A DNA stretch of 64,000 bases from Eledone cirrhosa (taxonomy: Eukaryota). Within the stretch, counting starts at the first letter, position 1; every line of letters begins with the position of its first letter. The notes below the pieces were generated by a model. It saw nothing but the letters and a program-made list of their open reading frames with translations, searched no databases and was not told where the DNA came from. The translations under genes were made by a program, and so were the position numbers. Of this stretch, positions 41,901 through 56,900 are shown piece by piece. Location: positions 3,844,001 through 3,908,000 of the forward strand of contig OZ024742.1 of the NCBI GenBank assembly GCA_964016885.1, read 5' to 3'.

Positions 41901-44900
41901 CAGATACCATCAACCGTCAGACACCATCAACCGTCAGACACCATCAACCGTCAGACAACATCAACTGTCAGACACCATCAACTGTCCGACACCATCAACT
42001 GTCAGACACCATATACCGTCAGACACCAACAACTGTCAGACACCATCAACCGTCAGACACCATCAACTGTCAGACACCATCAACCGTCAGACACCATCAA
42101 CTGTCAGACACCATCAACCGTCAGACACCATCAACTGTCAGACACCATCAACCGTCAGACATCATCAACCGTCAGACACCATCAAACGTCAGACACCATC
42201 AACCGACAGACACCATCAACTGTCAGACCGCATCAACTGTCAGACACCATCAACTGTCAGACACCATCAATTGTCAGACCCCCATCAACCGTCAGACACC
42301 ATCAACTGTCAGACACCATCAACTGCCAGACACCATCAACAGTCAGACACCATCAACTGTCAGACACCATCAACTGTCAGACACCATCAACCGTCAGACA
42401 TCATCAACCGTCAGACACCATCAAACGTCAGACACCATCAACCGTCAGACACGATCAAACGTCAGACACCATCAACTGACAGACACCATCAACTGTCAGA
42501 CACCATTAACCGTCAAGCACCATCAACTGTCAGACACCATCAACTGTCAGACACCATCAACTGTCCGACACCATCAACCATCAGACACCATCAACTGTCG
42601 GACACCATCAACTGTCGGACACCATCAACCGTCAGATACCATCAACTGTCAGACACCATCAACCGTCAGATACCATCAACTGTCAGACACCATCAACCGT
42701 CAAGCACCATCAACTGTCAGACACCATCAACTGTCAGACACCATCAACTGTCAGACACCATCAACCATCTGACACCATCAACTGTCGGACACCATCAACT
42801 GTCGGACACCATCAACCTTCTAAGCACCATCAACTGTCGGCCACCATCAACTGTCAGACACCATCAACTGTCGGACATCATCAACCGTCAGATGCCATCA
42901 ACTGTCAGACACCATCAACAGACAAACACCATCAACTGTCAGACACCATCAACCGTCAGACGCCATCAACCGTCAGACACCATCAACCGTCAGATACCAT
43001 CAACTGTCAGACACCATCAACAGTCAGACACCATCAACTGTCAGACACCATCAATTGTCAGACACCATGAACCGTCAGACACCATCAACCGTCAGATACC
43101 ATCAACTGTCAGACACTATCAACAGTCAGACACCATCAACTGTCAGACACCATCAATTGTCAGACACCATCAACCGTCAGACACCATCAACCGTCAGATA
43201 CCATCAACTGTCAGACACCATCAACAGTCAGACACCATCAACTGTCAGACACCATCAATTGTCTGACACCATCAACCGTCAGACACCATCAACTGTCAGA
43301 CACCATCAACTGTCAGACACCATCAACAGTCAGACATCATCAACTGTCAGACACCATCAACTGTCAGACCGCATCAACTGTCGGACACCATCAACCGTCA
43401 GACACCATCAACCGTCAGACTCCATCAACTGTCAGACACCATCAACCGTCAAGCACCATCAATTGTCGGACACCATCAACCGTCAGACACCATCAACTGT
43501 CAGACACCAACAACTGTCGGACACCATCAACCGTCAAACACCATCAACTGTCAGACACCATCAACCGTCAGCACCATCAACTGTCAGACACCATCAACCG
43601 TCAGACACCATCAACTGTCAGACACCATCAACTGTCGGACACCATCAACCGTCAGACACCATCAACTGTCAGACACCAACAACTGTCAGACACCATCAAC
43701 CGTCAGACACCATCAACCGACAGACACCAACAACTGTCATACCGCATCAACTGTCAGACACCATCAACCGTCAGATACCATCAACCGTCAGACACCATCA
43801 ACCGTCAGACACCATCAACTGTCAGACACCATCAACTGTCAGACACCATCAACCGTCAGACACCATCAACTGTCAGCCACCATCAACCGTCAGACACCAT
43901 CAACTGTCAGACACCATCAACCGTCAGACACCATCAACTGTCAGACACCATAAACTGTCAGACACCATCAACTGTCAGACACCATCAACCGTCAAGCACC
44001 ATCAACTGTCAGACACCATCAACTGTCAGACACCATCAACTGTCAGACACCATCAACCATCAGACACCATCAACTGTCGGACACCATCAACCGTCTAAGC
44101 ACCATCAACTGTCGGACACCATCAACTGTTATACACCATCAACTGTCGGACACCATCAACCGTCAGATACCATCAACTGTCAGACACCATCAACAGTCAG
44201 ATAACATCAACTGTCAGACACCATCAACCGTCAGACGCCATCAACCGTCAGATACCATCAACTGTCAGACACCATCAACAGTCAGACACCATCAACTATC
44301 AGACACCGTCAATTGTCAGACACCATCAACCGTCAGACACCATCAACCGTCAGATACCATCAACTGTCAGACACTATCAACAGTCAGACACCATCAACTG
44401 TCAGACACCATCAATTGTCAGACACCATCAACCGTCAGACACCATCAACTGTCAGACACCATCAACTGTCGGACACCATCAACCGTCAGACACCATCAAC
44501 TGTCAGACACCATCAACTGTCAGACACCATCAACAGTCAGACACCATCAACCGACAGACACCATCAACTGTCAGACACCATCAACTGCCAGACACCATCA
44601 ACAGTCAGACACCATCAGCTGTCAGACACCATCAACTGTCAGACACCATCAACCGTCAGACATCATCAACCGTCAGACACCATCAAACGTCAGACACCAT
44701 CAACCGTCAGACACGATCAAACGTCAGACACCATCAACTGACAGACACCATCAACTATCAGACACCATCGACCGTCAAGCACCATCAACTGTCAGACACC
44801 ATCAACTGTCAGACACTATCAACTGTCCGACACCATCAACCATCAGACACCATCAACTGTCGGACACCATCAACCGTCTAAGCACAATCAACTGTCAGAC

Positions 44901-47900
44901 ACCATCAACTGTCAGACACCATCAACCGTCGGACACCATCAACCGACAGACACCATCAACTGTCAGACCGCATCAACTGTCAGACACCATCAACCGTCAG
45001 ACATCATCAACCGTCAGACACCATCAACCGTCAGACACCATCAACCGTCAGACACCATCAACTGTCAGACTCCATCAACTGTCAGACACCATCAACCGTC
45101 AGACTCCATCAACCGTCAGACACCATCAACCGTCGGACACCATCAACCGTCAGACACCATCAACTGTCAGACTCCATCAACTGTCAGACACCATCAACCG
45201 TCAAGCACCATCAACTGTCAGACACCATCAACCGTCAGACACCATCAACTGTCAGACACCATCAACTGTCAGACACCATCAACCGTCAAGCACCATCAAC
45301 TGTCAGACACCATCAACCGTCAGACACCATCAACTGTCAGACACCATCAACTGTCGGACACCATCAACCGTCAGACACCATCAACTGTCAGACACCAACA
45401 ACGGTCAGACACCATCAACCGTCAGACACCATCAACCGACAGACACCATCAACTGTCAGACCGCATCAACTGTCAGACACCATCATCCGTCAGATACCAT
45501 CAACCGTCAGACACCATCAACCGTCAGACACCATCAACCGTCAGATACCATCAACTGTCAGACACCATCAACCGTCAGATACCATCAACTGTCAGACACC
45601 ATCAACCGTCAAGCACCATCAACTGTCAGACACCATCAACTGTCAGACACCATCAACTGTCAGACACCATCAACCATCTGACACCATCAACTGTCGGACA
45701 CCATCAACTGTCGGACACCATCAACCTTCTAAGCACCATCAACTGTCGGCCACCATCAACTGTCAGACACCATCAACTGTCGGACATCATCAACCGTCAG
45801 ATGCCATCAACTGTCAGACACCATCAACAGACAAACACCATCAACTGTCAGACACCATCAACCGTCAGACGCCATCAACCGTCAGACACCATCAACCGTC
45901 AGATACCATCAACTGTCAGACACCATCAACAGTCAGACACCATCAACTGTCAGACACCATCAATTGTCAGACACCATGAACCGTCAGACACCATCAACCG
46001 TCAGATACCATCAACTGTCAGACACTATCAACAGTCAGACACCATCAACTGTCAGACACCATCAATTGTCAGACACCATCAACCGTCAGACACCATCAAC
46101 CGTCAGATACCATCAACTGTCAGACACCATCAACAGTCAGACACCATCAACTGTCAGACACCATCAATTGTCTGACACCATCAACCGTCAGACACCATCA
46201 ACTGTCAGACACCATCAACTGTCAGACACCATCAACAGTCAGACATCATCAACTGTCAGACACCATCAACTGTCAGACACCATCAACCGTCAGACATCAT
46301 CAACCGTCAGACACCATCAACTGTCAGACACCTTCAACCGTCAGACACCATCAACTGTCAGACACCATCAACTATCAGACACCATCAACCGTCAGACACC
46401 ATCAACTGTCAGACACCATCAACCGTCAAGCACCATCAACTGTCAGACACTATCAACTGTCAGACACCATCAACTGTCAGACACCATCAACTGTCGGACA
46501 CCATCAACCGTCAGACACCATCAACTGTCAGACACCATCAACTGTCAGACCGCATCAACTGTCGGACACCATCAACCGTCAGACACCATCAACCGTCAGA
46601 CTCCATCAACTGTCAGACACCATCAACCGTCAGACACCATCAACTGTCAGACACCATCAACTGTCGGACACCATCAACCGTCAAACACCATCAACTGTCA
46701 GACACCATCAACTGTCAGACACCATCAACCGTCAGCACCATCAACTGTCAGACACCATCAACCGTCAGACACCATCAACTGTCAGACACCATCAACTGTC
46801 GGACACCATCAACCGTCAGACACCATCAACTGTCAGACACCAACAACTGTCAGACACCATCAACCGTCAGACACCATCAACCGACAGACACCATCAACTG
46901 TCAGACCGCATCAACTGTCAGACACCATCAACCGTCAGATACCATCAACCGTCAGACACCATCAACCGTCAGACACCATCAACTGTCAGACACCATCAAC
47001 TGTCAGACACCATCAACCGTCAGACACCATCAACTGTCAGCCACCATCAACCGTCAGACACCATCAACTGTCAGACACCATCAACCGTCAGACACCATCA
47101 ACTGTCAGACACCATAAACTTTCAGACACCATCAACTGTCAGACACCATCAACCGTCAAGCACCATCAACTGTCAGACACCATCAACTGTCAGACACCAT
47201 CAACTGTCAGACACCATCAACCATCAGACACCATCAACTGTCGGACACCATCAACCGTCTAAGCACCATCAACTGTCGGACACCATCAACTGTTAGACAC
47301 CATCAACTGTCGGACACCCTCAACCGTCAGATACCATCAACTGTCAGACACCATCAACAGTCAGATACCATCAACTGTCAGACACCATCAACCGTCAGAC
47401 GCCATCAACCGTCAGATACCATCAACTGTCAGACACCATCAACAGTCAGACACCATCAACTATCAGACACCGTCAATTGTCAGACACCATCAACCGTCAG
47501 ACACCATCAACCGTCAGATACCATCAACTGTCAGACACTATCAACAGTCAGACACCATCAACTGTCAGACACCATCAATTGTCAGACACCATCAACCGTC
47601 AGACACCATCAACTGTCAGACACCATCAACTGTCGGACACCATCAACCGTCAGACACCATCAACTGTCAGACACCATCAACTGTCAGACACCATCAACAG
47701 TCAGACACCATCAACCGACAGACACCATCAACTGTCAGACACCATCAACTGTCAGACACCATCAACTGTCAGACACCATCAACCGTCAGACACCATCAAC
47801 TGTCAGACACCATCAACCGTCAAGCACCATCAACTGTCAGACACCATCAACTGTCAGACACCATCAACTGTCAGACACCATCAACTGTCGGACACCATCA

Positions 47901-50900
47901 ACCGTCAGACACCATCAACTGTCAGACACCATCAACTGTCAGACCGCATCAACTGTCGGACACCATCAACCGTCAGACACCATCAACCGTCAGACTCCAT
48001 CAACTGTCAGACACCATCAACCGTCAAGCACCATCAATTGTCGGACACCATCAACCGTCAGACACCATCAACTGTCAGACACCAACAACTGTCGGACACC
48101 ATCAACCGTCAAACACCATCAACTGTCAGACACCATCAACTGTCAGACACCATCAACCGTCAGCACCATCAACTGTCAGACACCATCAACCGTCAGACAC
48201 CATCAACTGTCAGACACCATCAACTGTCGGACACCATCAACCGTCAGACACCATCAACTGTCAGACACCAACAACTGTCAGACACCATCAACCGTCAGAC
48301 ACCATCAACCGACAGACACCAACAACTGTCATACCGCATCAACTGTCAGACACCATCAACCGTCAGATACCATCAACCGTCAGACACCATCAACCGTCAG
48401 ACACCATCAACTGTCAGACACCATCAACTGTCAGACACCATCAACCGTCAGACACCATCAACTGTCAGCCACCATCAACCGTCAGACACCATCAACTGTC
48501 AGACACCATCAACCGTCAGACACCATCAACTGTCAGACACCATAAACTGTCAGACACCATCAACTGTCAGACACCATCAACCGTCAAGCACCATCAACTG
48601 TCAGACACCATCAACTGTCAGACACCATCAACTGTCAGACACCATCAACCATCAGACACCATCAACTGTCGGACACCATCAACCGTCTAAGCACCATCAA
48701 CTGTCGGACACCATCAACTGTTATACACCATCAACTGTCGGACACCATCAACCGTCAGATACCATCAACTGTCAGACACCATCAACAGTCAGATAACATC
48801 AACTGTCAGACACCATCAACCGTCAGACGCCATCAACCGTCAGATACCATCAACTGTCAGACACCATCAACAGTCAGACACCATCAACTATCAGACACCG
48901 TCAATTGTCAGACACCATCAACCGTCAGACACCATCAACCGTCAGATACCATCAACTGTCAGACACTATCAACAGTCAGACACCATCAACTGTCAGACAC
49001 CATCAATTGTCAGACACCATCAACCGTCAGACACCATCAACTGTCAGACACCATCAACTGTCGGACACCATCAACCGTCAGACACCATCAACTGTCAGAC
49101 ACCATCAACTGTCAGACACCATCAACAGTCAGACACCATCAACCGACAGACACCATCAACTGTCAGACACCATCAACTGCCAGACACCATCAACAGTCAG
49201 ACACCATCAGCTGTCAGACACCATCAACTGTCAGACACCATCAACCGTCAGACATCATCAACCGTCAGACACCATCAAACGTCAGACACCATCAACCGTC
49301 AGACACGATCAAACGTCAGACACCATCAACTGACAGACACCATCAACTATCAGACACCATCGACCGTCAAGCACCATCAACTGTCAGACACCATCAACTG
49401 TCAGACACTATCAACTGTCCGACACCATCAACCATCAGACACCATCAACTGTCGGACACCATCAACCGTCTAAGCACAATCAACTGTCAGACACCATCAA
49501 CTGTCAGACACCATCAACCGTCGGACACCATCAACCGACAGACACCATCAACTGTCAGACCGCATCAACTGTCAGACACCATCAACCGTCAGACATCATC
49601 AACCGTCAGACACCATCAACCGTCAGACACCATCAACCGTCAGACACCATCAACTGTCAGACTCCATCAACTGTCAGACACCATCAACCGTCAGACTCCA
49701 TCAACCGTCAGACACCATCAACCGTCGGACACCATCAACCGTCAGACACCATCAACTGTCAGACTCCATCAACTGTCAGACACCATCAACCGTCAAGCAC
49801 CATCAACTGTCAGACACCATCAACCGTCAGACACCATCAACTGTCAGACACCATCAACTGTCAGACACCATCAACCGTCAAGCACCATCAACTGTCAGAC
49901 ACCATCAACCGTCAGACACCATCAACTGTCAGACACCATCAACTGTCGGACACCATCAACCGTCAGACACCATCAACTGTCAGACACCAACAACGGTCAG
50001 ACACCATCAACCGTCAGACACCATCAACCGACAGACACCATCAACTGTCAGACCGCATCAACTGTCAGACACCATCATCCGTCAGATACCATCAACCGTC
50101 AGACACCATCAACCGTCAGACACCATCAACCGTCAGACAACATCAACTGTCAGACACCATCAACTGTCCGACACCATCAACTGTCAGACACCATATACCG
50201 TCAGACACCAACAACTGTCAGACACCATCAACCGTCAGACACCATCAACTGTCAGACACCATCAACCGTCAGACACCATCAACTGTCAGACACCATCAAC
50301 CGTCAGACACCATCAACTGTCAGACACCATCAACCGTCAGACATCATCAACCGTCAGACACCATCAAACGTCAGACACCATCAACCGACAGACACCATCA
50401 ACTGTCAGACCGCATCAACTGTCAGACACCATCAACTGTCAGACACCATCAATTGTCAGACCCCCATCAACCGTCAGACACCATCAACTGTCAGACACCA
50501 TCAACTGCCAGACACCATCAACAGTCAGACACCATCAACTGTCAGACACCATCAACTGTCAGACACCATCAACCGTCAGACATCATCAACCGTCAGACAC
50601 CATCAAACGTCAGACACCATCAACCGTCAGACACGATCAAACGTCAGACACCATCAACTGACAGACACCATCAACTGTCAGACACCATTAACCGTCAAGC
50701 ACCATCAACTGTCAGACACCATCAACTGTCAGACACCATCAACTGTCCGACACCATCAACCATCAGACACCATCAACTGTCGGACACCATCAACTGTCGG
50801 ACACCATCAACCGTCAGATACCATCAACTGTCAGACACCATCAACCGTCAGATACCATCAACTGTCAGACACCATCAACCGTCAAGCACCATCAACTGTC

Positions 50901-53900
50901 AGACACCATCAACTGTCAGACACCATCAACTGTCAGACACCATCAACCATCTGACACCATCAACTGTCGGACACCATCAACTGTCGGACACCATCAACCT
51001 TCTAAGCACCATCAACTGTCGGCCACCATCAACTGTCAGACACCATCAACTGTCGGACATCATCAACCGTCAGATGCCATCAACTGTCAGACACCATCAA
51101 CAGACAAACACCATCAACTGTCAGACACCATCAACCGTCAGACGCCATCAACCGTCAGACACCATCAACCGTCAGATACCATCAACTGTCAGACACCATC
51201 AACAGTCAGACACCATCAACTGTCAGACACCATCAATTGTCAGACACCATGAACCGTCAGACACCATCAACCGTCAGATACCATCAACTGTCAGACACTA
51301 TCAACAGTCAGACACCATCAACTGTCAGACACCATCAATTGTCAGACACCATCAACCGTCAGACACCATCAACCGTCAGATACCATCAACTGTCAGACAC
51401 CATCAACAGTCAGACACCATCAACTGTCAGACACCATCAATTGTCTGACACCATCAACCGTCAGACACCATCAACTGTCAGACACCATCAACTGTCAGAC
51501 ACCATCAACAGTCAGACATCATCAACTGTCAGACACCATCAACTGTCAGACACCATCAACCGTCAGACATCATCAACCGTCAGACACCATCAACTGTCAG
51601 ACACCTTCAACCGTCAGACACCATCAACTGTCAGACACCATCAACTATCAGACACCATCAACCGTCAGACACCATCAACTGTCAGACACCATCAACCGTC
51701 AAGCACCATCAACTGTCAGACACTATCAACTGTCAGACACCATCAACTGTCAGACACCATCAACTGTCGGACACCATCAACCGTCAGACACCATCAACTG
51801 TCAGACACCATCAACTGTCAGACCGCATCAACTGTCGGACACCATCAACCGTCAGACACCATCAACCGTCAGACTCCATCAACTGTCAGACACCATCAAC
51901 CGTCAGACACCATCAACTGTCAGACACCATCAACTGTCGGACACCATCAACCGTCAAACACCATCAACTGTCAGACACCATCAACTGTCAGACACCATCA
52001 ACCGTCAGCACCATCAACTGTCAGACACCATCAACCGTCAGACACCATCAACTGTCAGACACCATCAACTGTCGGACACCATCAACCGTCAGACACCATC
52101 AACTGTCAGACACCAACAACTGTCAGACACCATCAACCGTCAGACACCATCAACCGACAGACACCATCAACTGTCAGACCGCATCAACTGTCAGACACCA
52201 TCAACCGTCAGATACCATCAACCGTCAGACACCATCAACCGTCAGACACCATCAACTGTCAGACACCATCAACTGTCAGACACCATCAACCGTCAGACAC
52301 CATCAACTGTCAGCCACCATCAACCGTCAGACACCATCAACTGTCAGACACCATCAACCGTCAGACACCATCAACTGTCAGACACCATAAACTTTCAGAC
52401 ACCATCAACTGTCAGACACCATCAACCGTCAAGCACCATCAACTGTCAGACACCATCAACTGTCAGACACCATCAACTGTCAGACACCATCAACCATCAG
52501 ACACCATCAACTGTCGGACACCATCAACCGTCTAAGCACCATCAACTGTCGGACACCATCAACTGTTAGACACCATCAACTGTCGGACACCCTCAACCGT
52601 CAGATACCATCAACTGTCAGACACCATCAACAGTCAGATACCATCAACTGTCAGACACCATCAACCGTCAGACGCCATCAACCGTCAGATACCATCAACT
52701 GTCAGACACCATCAACAGTCAGACACCATCAACTATCAGACACCGTCAATTGTCAGACACCATCAACCGTCAGACACCATCAACCGTCAGATACCATCAA
52801 CTGTCAGACACTATCAACAGTCAGACACCATCAACTGTCAGACACCATCAATTGTCAGACACCATCAACCGTCAGACACCATCAACTGTCAGACACCATC
52901 AACTGTCGGACACCATCAACCGTCAGACACCATCAACTGTCAGACACCATCAACTGTCAGACACCATCAACAGTCAGACACCATCAACCGACAGACACCA
53001 TCAACTGTCAGACACCATCAACTGTCAGACACCATCAACTGTCAGACACCATCAACCGTCAGACACCATCAACTGTCAGACACCATCAACCGTCAGACAC
53101 CATCAACCGTCAGACACCATCAACCGTCAGACACCATCAACCGTCAGACACTCTCAACTGTCAGACACCATCAACCGTCAGACACACTCAACTGTCAGAC
53201 ACCATCAACCGTCAGACACCATCAACTGTCAGACACCATCAACTGTCAGACACCATCAACGGTCAGACACCATCAACCGACAGACACCATCAACTGTCAG
53301 ACACCATCAACCGTCAGACACACTCAACTGTCAGACACCATCAACCGTCAGACACCATCAACCGTCAGACACCATCAAACGTCAGACACCATCAACCGTC
53401 AGACACCATCAACTGTCAGACACCATCAACCGTCAGACACTCTCAACTGTCAGACACCATCAACTGTCAGACACCATCAACTGTCAGACACCATCAACCG
53501 TCAGACACCATCAACTGTCAGACACCATCAACCGTCAGACACCATCAACCGTCAGACACCATCAACCGTCAGACACCATCAACCGTCAGACACCATCAAC
53601 TGCCAGACACCATCAACCGTCAGACACCATCAACTGTCAGACACCATCAACTGTCGAACACCATCAACTGTCAGACACCATCAACTGTCAGACACCATCA
53701 ACTGTCAGACACCATCAACCGTCAGACACCATCAACCGACAGACACCATCAACTGTCAGACCGCATCAACTGTCAGACACCATCAACCGTCAGACACCAT
53801 CAACCGTCAGACACCATCAACCGTCAGACACCATCAACTGTCAGACACCATCAACTGTCAGACACCATCAACTGTCAGACGCCATCAACCGTCAGACACC

Positions 53901-56900
53901 ATCAACTGTGAGACACCATCAACCGTCAGACACCATCAACTGTCAGACACCATCAACCGTCAGACACCATCAACCGTCAGACACCATCAACCGTCAGACA
54001 CCATCAACCGTCAGACACCATCAACTGTCAGACTCCATCAACTGTCAGACACCATCAATCGTCAGACACCATCAACTGTCAGACACCATCAACCGTCAAG
54101 CACCATCACCTGTCAGACACCATCAACCGTCAGACACCATCAACTGTCAGACACCATCAACTGTCGGACACCATCAACCGTCATACACCATCAACTGTCA
54201 GACACCAACAACTGTCAGACACCATCAACCGTCAGACACCATCAACCGTCAGACACCATCAACTGTCAGACACCATCAACTGTCAGACTACATCAACTGT
54301 CAGACACAATCAACTGTCAGACACCATCAACTGCCAGACACCATCAACCGTCAGAAACCATCAACTGTCAGACACCATCAACCGTCAGACACCATCAAAT
54401 GTCAGACACCATAAACTGTCAGACACCAGCAACTGTCAGACACCATCAAACGTCAGACATCATCAACCGTCAGACACGATCAACCGTCAGACGCCATCAA
54501 CTGTCAGACACCATCAACTGTCAGACACCATCAACCGTCAAGCACCATCAACTGTCAGACACCATCAACTGTCAGACACCATCAACTGTCAGACACCATC
54601 AACCATCAGACACCATCAACTGTCGGACACCATCAACTGTCGGACACCATCAACCGTTAGATACCATCAACTGTCAGACACCATCAACCGTCAGATACCA
54701 TCAACTGTCAGACACCATCAACCGTCAAGCACCATCAACTGTCAAACACCATCAACTGTCAGACACCATCAACTGTCAGACACCATCAACCATCTGACAC
54801 CATCAACTGTCGGACACCATCAACTGTCGGACACCATCAACCTTCTAAGCACCATCAACTGTCGGCCACCATCAACTGTCAGACACCATCAACTGTCGGA
54901 CATCATCAACCGTCAGATGCCATCAACTGTCAGACACCATCAACAGACAAACACCATCAACTGTCAGACACCATCAACCGTCAGACGCCATCAACCGTCA
55001 GACACCATCAACCGTCAGATACCATCAACTGTCAGACACCATCAACAGTCAGACACCATCAACTGTCAGACACCATCAATTGTCAGACACCATGAACCGT
55101 CAGACACCATCAACCGTCAGATACCATCAACTGTCAGACACTATCAACAGTCAGACACCATCAACTGTCAGACACCATCAATTGTCAGACACCATCAACC
55201 GTCAAACACCATCAACCGTCAGATACCATCAACTGTCAGACACCATCAACAGTCAGACACCATCAACTGTCAGACACCATCAATTGTCTGACACCATCAA
55301 CCGTCAGACACCATCAACTGTCAGACACCATCAACTGTCAGACACCATCAACAGTCAGACATCATCAACTGTCAGACACCATCAACTGTCAGACACCATC
55401 AACCGTCAGACATCATCAACCGTCAGACACCATCAACTGTCAGACACCTTCAACCGTCAGACACCATCAACTGTCAGACACCATCAACTATCAGACACCA
55501 TCAACCGTCAGACACCATCAACTGTCAGACACCATCAACCGTCAAGCACCATCAACTCTCAGACACCATCAACTGTCAGACACCATCAACTGTCAGACAC
55601 CATCAACTGTCGGACACCATCAACCGTCAGACACCATCAACTGTCAGACACCATCAACTGTCAGACCGCATCAACTGTCGGACACCATCAACCGTCAGAC
55701 ACCATCAACCGTCAGACTCCATCAACTGTCAGACACCATCAACCGTCAAGCACCATCAATTGTCGGACACCATCAACCGTCAGACACCATCAACTGTCAG
55801 ACACCATCAACTGTCGGACACCATCAACCGTCAAACACCATCAACTGTCAGACACCATCAACTGTCAGACACCATCAACCGTCAGCACCATCAACTGTCA
55901 GACACCATCAACCGTCAGACACCATCAACTGTCAGACACCATCAACTGTCGGACACCATCAACCGTCAGACACCATCAACTGTCAGACACCAACAACTGT
56001 CAGACACCATCAACCGCCAGACACCATCAACCGACAGACACCATCAACTGTCAGACCGCATCAACTGTCAGACACCATCAACCGTCAGATACCATCAACC
56101 GTCAGACACCATCAACCGTCAGACACCATCAACTGTCAGACACCATCAACTGTCAGACACCATCAACCGTCAGACACCATCAACTGTCAGCCACCATCAA
56201 CCGTCAGACACCATCAACTGTCAGACACCATCAACCGTCAGATACCATCAACTGTCAGACACCATCAACAGTCAGACACCATCAACTGTCAGACACCATC
56301 AATTGTCAGACACCATGAACCGTCAGACACCATCAACCGTCAGATACCATCAACTGTCAGACACTATCAACAGTCAGACACCATCAACTGTCAGACACCA
56401 TCAATTGTCAGACACCATCAACCGTCAGACACCATCAACCGTCAGATACCATCAACTGTCAGACACCATCAACAGTCAGACACCATCAACTGTCAGACAC
56501 CATCAATTGTCTGACACCATCAACCGTCAGACACCATCAACTGTCAGACACCATCAACTGTCAGACACCATCAACAGTCAGACATCATCAACTGTCAGAC
56601 ACCATCAACTGTCAGACACCATCAACCGTCAGACATCATCAACCGTCAGACACCATCAACTGTCAGACACCTTCAACCGTCAGACACCATCAACTGTCAG
56701 ACACCATCAACTATCAGACACCATCAACCGTCAGACACCATCAACTGTCAGACACCATCAACCGTCAAGCACCATCAACTCTCAGACACCATCAACTGTC
56801 AGACACCATCAACTGTCAGACACCATCAACTGTCGGACACCATCAACCGTCAGACACCATCAACTGTCAGACACCATCAACTGTCAGACCGCATCAACTG

